A stretch of DNA of 18,567 nucleotides from an uncultured Deinococcales bacterium (GCA_964247135.1 CAXTTL010000080.1:1-18567); one strand, 5' to 3'; counted from the first letter of the stretch, positions 1 through 8,854 are shown. Notes: generated from the sequence alone by a model not told the origin. Numbers and translations are program-made.

Positions 1-1
1 C

Positions 2-253
2 ATTGCCCGTTCGCTCGGTGTGGCGGTAGCCTTCTTGATCTCGAGTGGTGATTTTGACGTGCCCAAAACCTGGCTCACTCGGGTTTTGGTAGCGCTGATC
101 GGTTTGGCGCTGGTGTTTGGCGTCTATTTCGCTTCGGGTTTAATTCCTGAATCGGTGCGTCATTTGGCTTGGGTTTCGTACTTGCGGTATTTGATTGTGG
201 CGTTGTTCGCCGTCGAGGGATTCCCAAGATTGACCTCTCGATTTGTGCTTTAA
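2..253 (+). CDS. 3' end of an integral membrane protein, possibly the C-terminal TM region of a PAP2-family phosphatase; truncated by the window edge
   Basis: Frame is open from base 2 (IARSLGVAVAF...) to TAA at 251-253 and encodes hydrophobic helices. The product guess rests only on recalled similarity of the LRY..VAL..VEG.P tail. Confidence 0.6.
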   Translation: MARSLGVAVAFLISSGDFDVPKTWLTRVLVALIGLALVFGVYFASGLIPESVRHLAWVSYLRYLIVALFAVEGFPRLTSRFVL

Positions 254-293
254 AGACGTTCTCGAGCAGGTTTTTAAATCCCGAAAGAATTGA

Positions 294-331
294 CTTGACG
301 AATTCCGACTGAATCAGTAGGATTAGTCAAG
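294..331 (+). promoter_or_regulatory. Sigma70-type promoter overlapped by an imperfect palindromic operator (Rrf2/IscR-like)
   Basis: TTGACG (295-300), 17-bp spacer, TAGGAT (318-323). The palindrome CTTGAC-GAATTCCGACTGA-A-TCAGTAGGATTA-GTCAAG spans 294-331. Confidence 0.65.
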
Positions 332-370
332 TTTCTCGGGTCAAACTCGAGCATCATCCTTGGAGGAATC

Positions 371-1438
371 ATGCACAAAACCATCATTCTTGCGCTCAGC
401 TCGAGCGTCATTGCCCTCTCGGCGCTCGTTGCCACCTCGAGCCGAGCCGCCACCCAAAGCCTGACCGTGTACTCGGGGCGATCATCGGGACTGGTTGACC
501 CGATTGTTCAACAGTTCAAAAAAGACACTGGCATCGACGTCAAAATTCGTTACGCCACCGACGCCGCACTGTTCGCCACGCTCGAGGAGGAGGGCGCACG
601 CAGCCCTGCCGACGTGTATTGGGTGAACACGGCGGGAACGCTGGTCAATGCCGCCAAAAAGGGTTTGTTCGCCAAACTCCCAGCCAGTATTTTAAAACGC
701 CCAGCCGAGTTTGTCCCCAAAAGCGGACTCTGGACGCCGCTCTCGGCACGTTTTCGCGTGGTCGCCTTCAACCCAAAAACTGTCAAAGATTCCGAACTGC
801 CACAAACCGCGCTCGAGATGCCCAAGCTGACAAAATTTAAGGGGCGCATCGGTTGGACGCCCGTCTACTCGAGCTTCCAAGATTTTATCACCGCCATGCG
901 CAGCGTCGCCGGTGAAGGCAAAACCAAAACCTGGCTGAATGACATGAAAAAACTCGAACCCAAAGCCTACCCGAACAACACCGCCATGCTCGAGGCGATG
1001 CAGGCTGGCGAAATTGATGTGGCGCTGACCAACCATTACTACATCCAAAAAATCATTGCTGGCGTGCGCGAGGGCGAATTTGAAGGGAAAGTCGAGGAGA
1101 AAGAAAAGCCAACGACGCCCAAGCCAGACGTGATCGGCACGCATTACTTCAAGGCGGGCGATGTTGGCAACCTCGAGTTGGTGACGGGGGCGGGTATTCT
1201 CAAAACCAGCAAGAACGCTGCCGTTGCCGCAAAATTCCTCGAGTATTTGCTCAGCACCAAAACCCAGCAACTCACGACCAAAACGATTCTCGAGTATCCG
1301 GTGGTGAACGGTTTCGCGCTGCCAAAGACCTTGCTGCCATTGTCTGAGGCGATCAAACGCAGTCCAAAGATCGATTTTGAAAAATTGGTTGACATTGACA
1401 ACACCCTAAAACTCCTGCGAAACGTGGGTTTGCTGTAA
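371..1438 (+). CDS. Fe(III) ABC transporter substrate-binding protein (FbpA/FutA/AfuA family)
   Basis: Signal peptide; motifs LTVYSGR, EEGARSPADVY, NHYY (tyrosine iron ligands) and EYP; SD GGAGG at 362-366. Confidence 0.9.
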   Translation: MHKTIILALSSSVIALSALVATSSRAATQSLTVYSGRSSGLVDPIVQQFKKDTGIDVKIRYATDAALFATLEEEGARSPADVYWVNTAGTLVNAAKKGLFAKLPASILKRPAEFVPKSGLWTPLSARFRVVAFNPKTVKDSELPQTALEMPKLTKFKGRIGWTPVYSSFQDFITAMRSVAGEGKTKTWLNDMKKLEPKAYPNNTAMLEAMQAGEIDVALTNHYYIQKIIAGVREGEFEGKVEEKEKPTTPKPDVIGTHYFKAGDVGNLELVTGAGILKTSKNAAVAAKFLEYLLSTKTQQLTTKTILEYPVVNGFALPKTLLPLSEAIKRSPKIDFEKLVDIDNTLKLLRNVGLL

Positions 1439-1458
1439 CACTCGAGTTTCCAACTCAC

Positions 1459-1489
1459 AAAATCCTCCAAGTCAAACTGGGGGATTTTT
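1459..1489 (+). terminator. Intrinsic terminator after the iron-binding protein gene
   Basis: Stem AAAATCCTCCA / TGGGGGATTTT with an 8-nt loop, ending in a T run. Confidence 0.6.
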
Positions 1490-1531
1490 CTGATTGTGGC
1501 TCGAGCGGGAACGTTTCTGCCGTTTCTCTCG

Positions 1532-1546
1532 TAGAATAAGCCTATG
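1532..1546 (+). promoter_or_regulatory. -10 box for leaderless transcription of nfeD
   Basis: TAGAAT (1532-1537), 6 nt, then ATG at 1544; no SD sequence. Confidence 0.6.
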
Positions 1547-2857
1547 AAACCCAAACCGATTTTTCTGCTGATCTTGACCGTGCTGGGTCTGTTTGGCTTT
1601 GCCAGAAGTGCGCCCAACACCATTCCTGGCGTCATCATCAAAATTGAGGGCGAGATTGACCCCAACCTGGCAGGCTTCCTCGAGCGTCAACTTGAAGATG
1701 CCGCCAAACAAAACCGTCCACTCGTGGTGCTCGACATTGACACGCCAGGAGGTCGGGTGGACAGCGCCATCAAAATGTCGGACGACATCATCAACTCGAG
1801 TGTGCCGACCATTGCGGTCGTCACAAACGCTTTCAGCGCCGGCGCACTGATTGCCATGAGCGCCGAACAGGTGGTGATGCTACCAGGTTCAGAAATTGGC
1901 GCGGCACTGCCGATCTCGAGCGACGGCACGGCGATTCCTGGGGCGGTTGGCGAGAAAATAAACAGCGCCTTCCGCACCAAATTTCGCAGCGTCGCCACGA
2001 CGCGGGGACGCAACCCAGACGCCGCCGAGGGCATGGTCAACCCCAACAAGGTGATTCCTGGGTTAAAAGACAAAGGCGAGATTTTGACGCTCACCTCGAG
2101 CGACGCGGTGAAAAACAAGATCGCCAACTTTGAAGCCCGGAACATCACAGAGGCGGTGCAAGTCGCGGGATTCTCGAACATCAAACTCGAGACAGTGCTG
2201 CTCTCCCCCGCCGAACAGGTCGGCGCATTTTTATCGCAACCAATTGTGGCGGGCATTTTGCTGGCAATCGGCGTGATCGGTATTTTGATCGAACTGCTGC
2301 ATCCTGGCGTGGCGCTGCCTGGCATTGTCGGCGGCATCAGCTTGCTGGCGTATTTTGCCGGATCGTGCTTAAGCGGCAACGGCTCGAGCGTGGCGTTGTT
2401 GCTGCTGCTGGCAGGTTTGGGCTTGATTGTTGCCGAAATTTTGTTCGTGCCTGGTTCAACTGTCGTCGGGCTGCTCGGCGTCGCCAGCATTCTGGGCAGT
2501 GTGTATTTGCAGTACGGTGACAAATTCTGGCAGGTTGCCAGCGTCGGTTCGATCATTGGCGGGTTGGGATTGGCTTTAATCATTTGGTTTTTACCAAAAT
2601 CTTCGTTTGCCAGACGTTTGTCCCTGCAAACCACCCTCACCGAGGGCAGCGCCAACTGGAACGCCAACGACGCCCCTAAACTCGAGGGACGGTTTGGGAT
2701 TGCCCTCTCGGATTTGCGTCCGAGCGGTGTGGCAGACATTGAAGGCGAACGCGTTGACGTGGTTTCAAACGGCGAATTTATCACGCTGGGCACGAAACTC
2801 GAGGTTGTTAAAGTTGAAGGCAGACGCGTGCTGGTCAAAGCTTTGAAGACTACATGA
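1544..2857 (+). CDS. nfeD: NfeD-family membrane-bound serine protease (long form, YqeZ-like)
   Basis: Signal peptide; ClpP-like domain (IDTPGGRVD, AFSAGALIA, EIGAALP, EKINS); multi-TM region; C-terminal OB-like domain (SDLRPSG...RVDVVSNGEFI...VVKVEGRRVLV); adjacent to floA. Confidence 0.9.
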   Translation: MKPKPIFLLILTVLGLFGFARSAPNTIPGVIIKIEGEIDPNLAGFLERQLEDAAKQNRPLVVLDIDTPGGRVDSAIKMSDDIINSSVPTIAVVTNAFSAGALIAMSAEQVVMLPGSEIGAALPISSDGTAIPGAVGEKINSAFRTKFRSVATTRGRNPDAAEGMVNPNKVIPGLKDKGEILTLTSSDAVKNKIANFEARNITEAVQVAGFSNIKLETVLLSPAEQVGAFLSQPIVAGILLAIGVIGILIELLHPGVALPGIVGGISLLAYFAGSCLSGNGSSVALLLLLAGLGLIVAEILFVPGSTVVGLLGVASILGSVYLQYGDKFWQVASVGSIIGGLGLALIIWFLPKSSFARRLSLQTTLTEGSANWNANDAPKLEGRFGIALSDLRPSGVADIEGERVDVVSNGEFITLGTKLEVVKVEGRRVLVKALKTT

Positions 2858-2911
2858 TCGAAATGGCTCGAGAACGCGTAAACTGAAAGCGATTTTCAAG
2901 GAGGCTCTATT

Positions 2912-3886
2912 GTGGAAGCATTAATCGTACCGGCTGTAATCATCATCGTTTTATTTATCTTTTTTTTCCAAATTATTCCAACCGGTTTGTGGATTCAAGC
3001 GCTGACCTCAGATGTGCCTGTTAACCCTTTGTCACTGATCGGAATGCGCCTTCGTCGCATCCCACCAAACCGAATTATTCAACCGCTGATCGCGGCACGA
3101 AAAGCAGGTTTGTCGGATTTAACCCAAAATCAACTCGAGGCGCACCTGATGGCTCGAGGTGACGTGGACAAGGTGGTCAGCGCCCTGATTGAGGCGAAAA
3201 AAGCCAACATTCCACTCAATTTTGATCAAGCCAGCGGCATCGATCTGGCTGGTCGTGACGTGCTCGAGGGTGTGCGGGCGTTCGTCAAGCCCAAAGTGAT
3301 TCAAACGCCAATGGTGCAGGGCGTGGCGCAGGACGGCATTCAACTTCTGGCGACCGCCAGGATTACGGTCCGCGTCAAGATTGATCGTCTGGTCGGCGGT
3401 GCCGGCGAGGAAACCATCATTGCCCGCGTCGGTGAAGGCATCGTCTCGAGCATCGGTAGCGCCTTAACCCACAACGAGGTGCTCGAGTACCCCGATAAAA
3501 TCTCCAAGACCGTGCTGGCAAAAGGGCTTGATGCGGGTACGGCGTTCGAGATTCTTTCGATTGATATTTCCGAGGTCGATGTCGGTAAGAACATCGGCGC
3601 CCAGTTGCGCACCGATCAAGCCGAAGCCGACAAGCGCATCGCCCAAGCCAAAGCCGAGGAACGCCGCGCGATGGCGGTGGCGCTCGAGCAAGAAAACGTG
3701 GCTCGGGTGCAGGAAATGCGCTCCAAAGTGGTCGAAGCCGAGGCGCAAGTGCCGCTTGCGCTGGCGGAGGCATTCAAGAACGGCAAGCTTGGCGTGATGG
3801 ATTATTACAACATGCAAAACCTGCAAGCCGACACGGGAATGCGCGGCGCGATTTCAGAAAGTGCCAAACGAGACTCGAGCAAGTAA
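2912..3886 (+). CDS. floA: Flotillin-like protein FloA (YqfA family)
   Basis: Motifs [56 protein letters not shown] and [19 protein letters not shown] start with SD AAGGAGG at 2898-2904. Confidence 0.95.
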   Translation: MEALIVPAVIIIVLFIFFFQIIPTGLWIQALTSDVPVNPLSLIGMRLRRIPPNRIIQPLIAARKAGLSDLTQNQLEAHLMARGDVDKVVSALIEAKKANIPLNFDQASGIDLAGRDVLEGVRAFVKPKVIQTPMVQGVAQDGIQLLATARITVRVKIDRLVGGAGEETIIARVGEGIVSSIGSALTHNEVLEYPDKISKTVLAKGLDAGTAFEILSIDISEVDVGKNIGAQLRTDQAEADKRIAQAKAEERRAMAVALEQENVARVQEMRSKVVEAEAQVPLALAEAFKNGKLGVMDYYNMQNLQADTGMRGAISESAKRDSSK

Positions 3887-3887
3887 C

Positions 3888-4154
3888 ATGAGATACATCT
3901 TTGCCACCGTACTTGGAATTCTTGACGTTCTGATTCAAGGTCCGCTCGATGCCGTGTTTGGATTTTTCGGCTGGGGTCCGAGCCTCAGCCGAAACGTGAT
4001 CGAAGACATCGCGCAAGATCGCCAAGACGCCAATTGGAGACGCGAATTTCTGGCGCAAAAGCAACTCGAGAAAAACAATCGCAATCCTTTTCTCAATCAA
4101 CACAACACCAAAGCCATGATGTGGGGACGCTCGAGTGTCAAAAAGAAGCAATGA
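3888..4154 (+). CDS. Small hypothetical protein (88 aa) with a hydrophobic N-terminus
   Basis: ATG lies 1 nt after the floA stop, suggesting translational coupling. The ORF-track start at 3861 lies inside floA. Confidence 0.55.
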   Translation: MRYIFATVLGILDVLIQGPLDAVFGFFGWGPSLSRNVIEDIAQDRQDANWRREFLAQKQLEKNNRNPFLNQHNTKAMMWGRSSVKKKQ

Positions 4155-4277
4155 TTCACCTCTGGATCACTTTTACCCAACTGATACGAGATGCGCCAGG
4201 GGTTGCCTTTGATACTCGGGTTGATGACCCCAAGTTGATTGGGGCGAAACCCTCAAAACCAATGGAGGAAAACATCT

Positions 4278-5069
4278 ATGCCTAGCACCGGAAGTGGAAT
4301 GCTCAGTTTAATTCTGACGTACCTGATTTCGCACCCGCTTGTGTTGATCGCGCTGCTCGGTTTTGTTTACAATTTGTTGCGTCCGAAACCGGTGAAATCA
4401 AATCCTGGACAGCAAAAAGCGGCACAAGAAATGGAATTGCAACGCAAACGCCTTCTCGAGGAACAATCGCGGCAAAGGGCGGCGCTCGATGACACCGAAA
4501 TTTTTAGAAAAACCGCACCAAAGTCTTTGGGCATGAACGACGAAGACCTCGACGATGACGGTTTGTTCACCACGGGAAGACCGGTTGTCGTCAAATCGCA
4601 AACCTCGAGCAGCAACCCAAATCAGCAAATGACGGATTTTCAAGCCGATATTCTGGCGGCGCTCGGCATGAAACCCGACCAGGGCAGCAGCCCGCAAGAC
4701 ACGCTGCGCAAGCAACTGGCGCAAAAAATGGGACGGAATGCCGGTTCAACCCAAACCAGTCAACAACCCATCGTCAAAAAACTGACCGCACAACAACAAA
4801 TTATTGCCGCTCGAGAAGCCGAAAATCCGACCGCGCGGGATTCCAGTGGCACGATCACCTCGAGCCTGAAATCGGAAATGACTTCCAAAAGCACCAACAA
4901 CATTGTGGACTCGAATGCCGCCGTCAGAAACACGAGTATGCAAATGAGTCTGAACCGAACTCCGATTCCAATCAGGTCAAACTCGAGTTCGTTTGGCGGC
5001 ACCAACGACGTGGTGCGCGGCATGATCTGGTCTGAAATTCTTGGCAAACCAAAATCCAGCCGCCGATGA
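4278..5069 (+). CDS. YqfB-like membrane-anchored, largely disordered protein
   Basis: SD GGAGG at 4264-4268; N-terminal TM helix; low-complexity middle; C-terminal GMIWSEILGKPKS motif of the kind seen in floA-associated YqfB-type proteins. Confidence 0.75.
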   Translation: MPSTGSGMLSLILTYLISHPLVLIALLGFVYNLLRPKPVKSNPGQQKAAQEMELQRKRLLEEQSRQRAALDDTEIFRKTAPKSLGMNDEDLDDDGLFTTGRPVVVKSQTSSSNPNQQMTDFQADILAALGMKPDQGSSPQDTLRKQLAQKMGRNAGSTQTSQQPIVKKLTAQQQIIAAREAENPTARDSSGTITSSLKSEMTSKSTNNIVDSNAAVRNTSMQMSLNRTPIPIRSNSSSFGGTNDVVRGMIWSEILGKPKSSRR

Positions 5070-5202
5070 AGACAATGTTTTTGATCAACTTCAATAGCTC
5101 GAGTTGCCTAGACCGAATAAGCCTTAGACCGCTTTCGGTTTTGGGTTTCTCGAGTTAATCTTTAAGGGAACAAAAATTGCTTTTGCGATACGAAAGGACA
5201 CG

Positions 5203-7431
5203 ATCACGTCAACTGCACCCATCACAGCCAGCATCCGCATTCGCAGCAGCGAAGAAGCCATCCAATTGTTCGGTGAGAACGACAAAAACTTAAAACGCCT
5301 GCGCGAAAAGCTTGGGGCAAAAATCATTGCCCGTGGCGACGCGATCAAACTCGAGGGAACGCCAGAAGATATTCGCGTTGCCGAAAGCCTGATTCGAGAT
5401 TTATTGTCCGTGGTGCGCCAAGGCGGCGAATTCAGCCTTGACGAGATCGACCGTGGCGCGGTGATCTCGAGCAACGGTGGCAGCATGTTTGAAGACACGA
5501 ACATGGAAAACAAAGATTTGGAGCTTCCAAAGCGCCTGCGACCAAAAACCAAAGGGCAAAAAGCCTACATTGAAGCGATCAACTCTTCGGATATTACTTT
5601 TGGTATCGGTCCGGCGGGCACGGGCAAATGTGTCTCTGGAGACACGCTGGTTTTAACGCAATGCGGCATTGTCCCAATCTCAAGCCTGGCTCAAGGTGTT
5701 GCATTCGAGGAACAACGCCGCAAACCAACACGGATTTTTGGTTTGGATGGACGCGAATGGGCAACGCATGTCTATAACGGCGGAGTTCAAAAGACAATTC
5801 GTTTACAAACACGACATGGTTTTTCAATTGAAGGAACGGCTGAGCATCCCCTTTTAACCTTGAACAGCAATGGCGAACCCGAATGGATTCGCATGGATCA
5901 AGTCAAGGAAGGCACGGTGCTTGCGTTGACTCGAGATTCAGGATTTTGGGGAGACGAAACTCGAGTTCAGCACGAATACACCCGTTTGGAGAACGACAAG
6001 AGTTCAAAAAACATTGAACTGACCGAAATTGACTCAGAATTTGCTTATTTTATGGGTCTGATCGTTGGCGATGGTTGCACCACCAGACGCGGTTACATTT
6101 TGTTTTCCAGTTACGATGAAGAACTCAGAACAACTTTTAAAACAATAGCGTCTCGATTTGGGCTTCATGTGACCAAACACGGTTCAAGCCTCAGATTAAA
6201 CAGCACGCAACTCTCGAGTTTACTCATGCACCTTGGCATCGGCACAGCCAAAGCACATTTGAAAACCATGCCAGATTGTATCTTACGTGCTCCTCGAGAA
6301 ATCAACATTGCCTTTATTCAAGGTTTGTTTGACACCGATGGTCATGCTTCAAAACGTGATGGCTACCCAAGTCTGTGCAGCAGCAGCCATGAATTGATTC
6401 AAGCGGTTCAAATTGTTTTGTTGAACTTGGGCTTGGTCAGCATGGTGTGGCGCAAAAAAACCACCCATTTGGATACCTACATCCTCGAGTTGCGTGGCTC
6501 GGATGCCAAACGCTTTTACGAAATTGTTGGATTCCGCTTACTGCGCAAGCAAGAGCGTGCTTCACAACTCAAAGCAGTTCAAAATACCAATATTGATGTG
6601 ATCCCAAACCTCGCCTCGAGCATAAACGAAGCGGTCAAAGCCCAGCCGTTGACCCATAACATCCACAAGTGGATTTACGATTACCGAATTGGTCGGCGCA
6701 AGCCAAGTTACCAAAAACTCGAGCAAATCCTTGAGGTCTGTCGTGCTCCAAATCATGCTCGAGAACGGCTCGAGTGGTTGGCTACCCGCCAGTTGCTGTG
6801 GTCTGAGGTCAAAGAAATAAGTTATTCGAGCGCTCAGGTTTACGACTTGACTGTGCCCGGCACTCACAGTTTTACCGCCAACGGATTTGTCAGTCACAAT
6901 TCTTATCTCGCCGTGGCAATGGCGGTGGCGGCATTCAAAGCCAAACGCGTCAAGCGCATTATCCTGACCCGTCCAGCCGTCGAAGCGGGCGAGCGCCTCG
7001 GATTTTTGCCAGGCGATTTGCAAGCCAAAATCGACCCGTACTTGCGTCCACTTTATGACGCACTGTTTGACATGATTGACGCGGAGCGCTTTGAAAGCTA
7101 TCTCTCGAGCGGTGCAATTGAGGTCGCGCCACTCGCGTTCATGAGAGGAAGGACCTTGAATGATGCGTTTATCATCCTCGACGAGGCGCAAAATACCACC
7201 CCAGAGCAAATGAAAATGTTTTTAACCCGCATGGGTTTCTCGAGCAAGGTTGTGGTCACTGGCGATGTCACGCAGGTCGATTTGCCAAAAAGCGTGACCA
7301 GTGGTTTGGAACAAGCCAAACGCTATTTGCAAGGCATTGACGGCATCAATTTCGTGTACTTCACCGAGTCCGATGTCGTGCGTCATCCTTTGGTTGGGCG
7401 CATTATTCACGCTTACGAAGAACATTCTTAA
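5203..7431 (+). CDS. phoH: PhoH-family ATPase precursor containing an intein; start codon uncertain (non-canonical ATC at 5203 proposed, ORF track uses TTG at 5266)
   Basis: N-terminal KH-like region ([12 protein letters not shown]...IIARGD); [16 protein letters not shown] once the intein is removed; [65 protein letters not shown]. Confidence 0.93.
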   Translation: MTSTAPITASIRIRSSEEAIQLFGENDKNLKRLREKLGAKIIARGDAIKLEGTPEDIRVAESLIRDLLSVVRQGGEFSLDEIDRGAVISSNGGSMFEDTNMENKDLELPKRLRPKTKGQKAYIEAINSSDITFGIGPAGTGKCVSGDTLVLTQCGIVPISSLAQGVAFEEQRRKPTRIFGLDGREWATHVYNGGVQKTIRLQTRHGFSIEGTAEHPLLTLNSNGEPEWIRMDQVKEGTVLALTRDSGFWGDETRVQHEYTRLENDKSSKNIELTEIDSEFAYFMGLIVGDGCTTRRGYILFSSYDEELRTTFKTIASRFGLHVTKHGSSLRLNSTQLSSLLMHLGIGTAKAHLKTMPDCILRAPREINIAFIQGLFDTDGHASKRDGYPSLCSSSHELIQAVQIVLLNLGLVSMVWRKKTTHLDTYILELRGSDAKRFYEIVGFRLLRKQERASQLKAVQNTNIDVIPNLASSINEAVKAQPLTHNIHKWIYDYRIGRRKPSYQKLEQILEVCRAPNHARERLEWLATRQLLWSEVKEISYSSAQVYDLTVPGTHSFTANGFVSHNSYLAVAMAVAAFKAKRVKRIILTRPAVEAGERLGFLPGDLQAKIDPYLRPLYDALFDMIDAERFESYLSSGAIEVAPLAFMRGRTLNDAFIILDEAQNTTPEQMKMFLTRMGFSSKVVVTGDVTQVDLPKSVTSGLEQAKRYLQGIDGINFVYFTESDVVRHPLVGRIIHAYEEHS
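5629..6900 (+). mobile_element. Class 1 intein (424 aa) with a LAGLIDADG homing endonuclease domain
   Basis: Starts [10 protein letters not shown] (Cys1); block [18 protein letters not shown] motifs FMGLIVGDG and [10 protein letters not shown]; block [17 protein letters not shown]; ends VSHN with Ser as the +1 residue. Confidence 0.95.
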
Positions 7432-7450
7432 CATTATTAAACGTTTCATG

Positions 7451-7492
7451 CTCGAGGTTTATCGTGCCAGACGCGATAAACCTCGAGTTTTT
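7451..7492 (+). terminator. Intrinsic terminator after phoH
   Basis: Perfect 14-bp stem CTCGAGGTTTATCG / CGATAAACCTCGAG followed by TTTTT. Confidence 0.75.
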
Positions 7493-7544
7493 GGTTTTCT
7501 TGCGCCTGGCGCGTGACTTTGCGTTGTTTGAGGCTTTCATCGCG

Positions 7545-7550
7545 TATAAT
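7545..7550 (+). promoter_or_regulatory. Candidate -10 box for the 7664 gene
   Basis: Perfect TATAAT about 113 nt upstream of the ATG; no well-spaced -35. Confidence 0.4.
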
Positions 7551-7663
7551 TCCTTCAGTCGGTTTGATATTGGTTGTTGCACATCATCAGGCGTTTTGGA
7601 AATTCAATCCAAAAATTCTGAACTCAAAATTCTAAACACGAGCGAGATTGGGGGCTGTACAAC

Positions 7664-8827
7664 ATGGACAAAAGTTTGACAGAGGCTGGGATTGATTTAA
7701 ATGACATCGAAAGTCGTCTTGACGGTCAGGGAAAAACGCTGGTCATTACCGCAAGCGAATTGGTTTACGCCGATGAGTCTGGCTTGCAACGCGCACCGCT
7801 ACGTCAAGTCACCAAGGTCGCCATCGATAAGACGGGTTCGCTCGGCATTCGCAGCGCCACCAGTGACTTGATCACGGGCAACATTCGCGGTTTTGACCTG
7901 ACCAGCTTAAAGTTTTTTCTCGAGGGAGCTAAATCTTCAATCGCCAAAGCCAAAGCCTTGGCAAAAGCACCGACCATCGTCGAATCTTTACCAGTAACGC
8001 CTGATCCCGTTATTCCAGCGCTCGCACCCCGAACTGACACCGGCACACTCGGCGACGATGCTTGGGGACACGACCCCGCGCATCGTCAACCGACCTTTGA
8101 CACCTGGTCTACCCTCAAGCCAGCCGACATGCAAACCAAAAGCTCGAGTGACATGCACAAATCTTTCGAGATTGCCCCAGATGATGACCAGCCAGTGAAA
8201 TCCTCGGACGACAAGTTGGAATGGGCGGAAGAAGCGGCAACGGCGCCCACCACCATCTTGAACCCAACAATGGATGCAACGCAAAGCCAGGCTTCACACC
8301 AACCTCCGCTCAGTTCAACCGATGTTCATTCGGAAGTCCACGAGTGGAACGAAACCTTCAAGGGTTCTGCAACAGCCCTCGAAACACCGCCCTCAAACGC
8401 CGTCAGCGCCCAAGGCTCGGCAGATTGGAGTGGCGATATCTTAGAGGCTTCAACGTCGTTGCAGACTCCGGCAGCCCATCAAATGCCAGACAACTCGAGT
8501 CAAGCCATCAGCGTCAGCAAAGACCCAACGCCGACCATTGACCGTCCTGTGCGGATTTCCAGCCTGCCCAATCTCGCGCCCGTCTCGAGGTGGCTCAAAG
8601 GCTTGTCGCCCGTTGTAGGTTTGCTCGGCGTGGCATCGGCGGCGTTGCAATTTCCGACCGATTCTACAAAATGGGGTGAAAATCCCTTGCAGTTGGTGAG
8701 CGCCGCCTCGAGCCTGGTGATCGGCGTGGTGCTCGCCTTACTGGCTTACGGCGTGGCTGAGTTCTTCACCGCGTGGGCTGGCACGGCTGCCGATGTGCGT
8801 GCCATCAAACGAGAGCGTTTAGAATAA
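7664..8827 (+). CDS. Hypothetical membrane protein: N-terminal globular (possibly PH-like) domain, long Pro/Ser/Thr/Asp-rich linker, two C-terminal TM helices
   Basis: 387-aa ORF with clear domain partitioning and a G-rich SD-like run upstream; ends at a terminator shared with the convergent folE. Confidence 0.8.
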   Translation: MDKSLTEAGIDLNDIESRLDGQGKTLVITASELVYADESGLQRAPLRQVTKVAIDKTGSLGIRSATSDLITGNIRGFDLTSLKFFLEGAKSSIAKAKALAKAPTIVESLPVTPDPVIPALAPRTDTGTLGDDAWGHDPAHRQPTFDTWSTLKPADMQTKSSSDMHKSFEIAPDDDQPVKSSDDKLEWAEEAATAPTTILNPTMDATQSQASHQPPLSSTDVHSEVHEWNETFKGSATALETPPSNAVSAQGSADWSGDILEASTSLQTPAAHQMPDNSSQAISVSKDPTPTIDRPVRISSLPNLAPVSRWLKGLSPVVGLLGVASAALQFPTDSTKWGENPLQLVSAASSLVIGVVLALLAYGVAEFFTAWAGTAADVRAIKRERLE

Positions 8828-8854
8828 AAAAGAGCCGTGTCGATACACGGCTCT
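8826..8854 (-). terminator. Intrinsic terminator of folE, possibly bidirectional
   Basis: Stem AGAGCCGTGT-cgat-ACACGGCTCT preceded by an A run, which is the U tail on the - strand. Confidence 0.8.

Noticed and set aside
1687-2838. 383-aa - strand ORF and the other antisense or nested ORFs in the track
   Set aside because: These are shadows of well-supported genes with composition typical of off-frame translations.
5108-5146. Short TAGACCG repeat and a weak hairpin between the yqfB-like gene and phoH
   Set aside because: Too short and too dependent on G-U pairs to call a terminator or operator.
7464-7679. 71-aa + strand ORF between phoH and the 7664 gene
   Set aside because: It starts inside the phoH terminator hairpin and spans a likely promoter.
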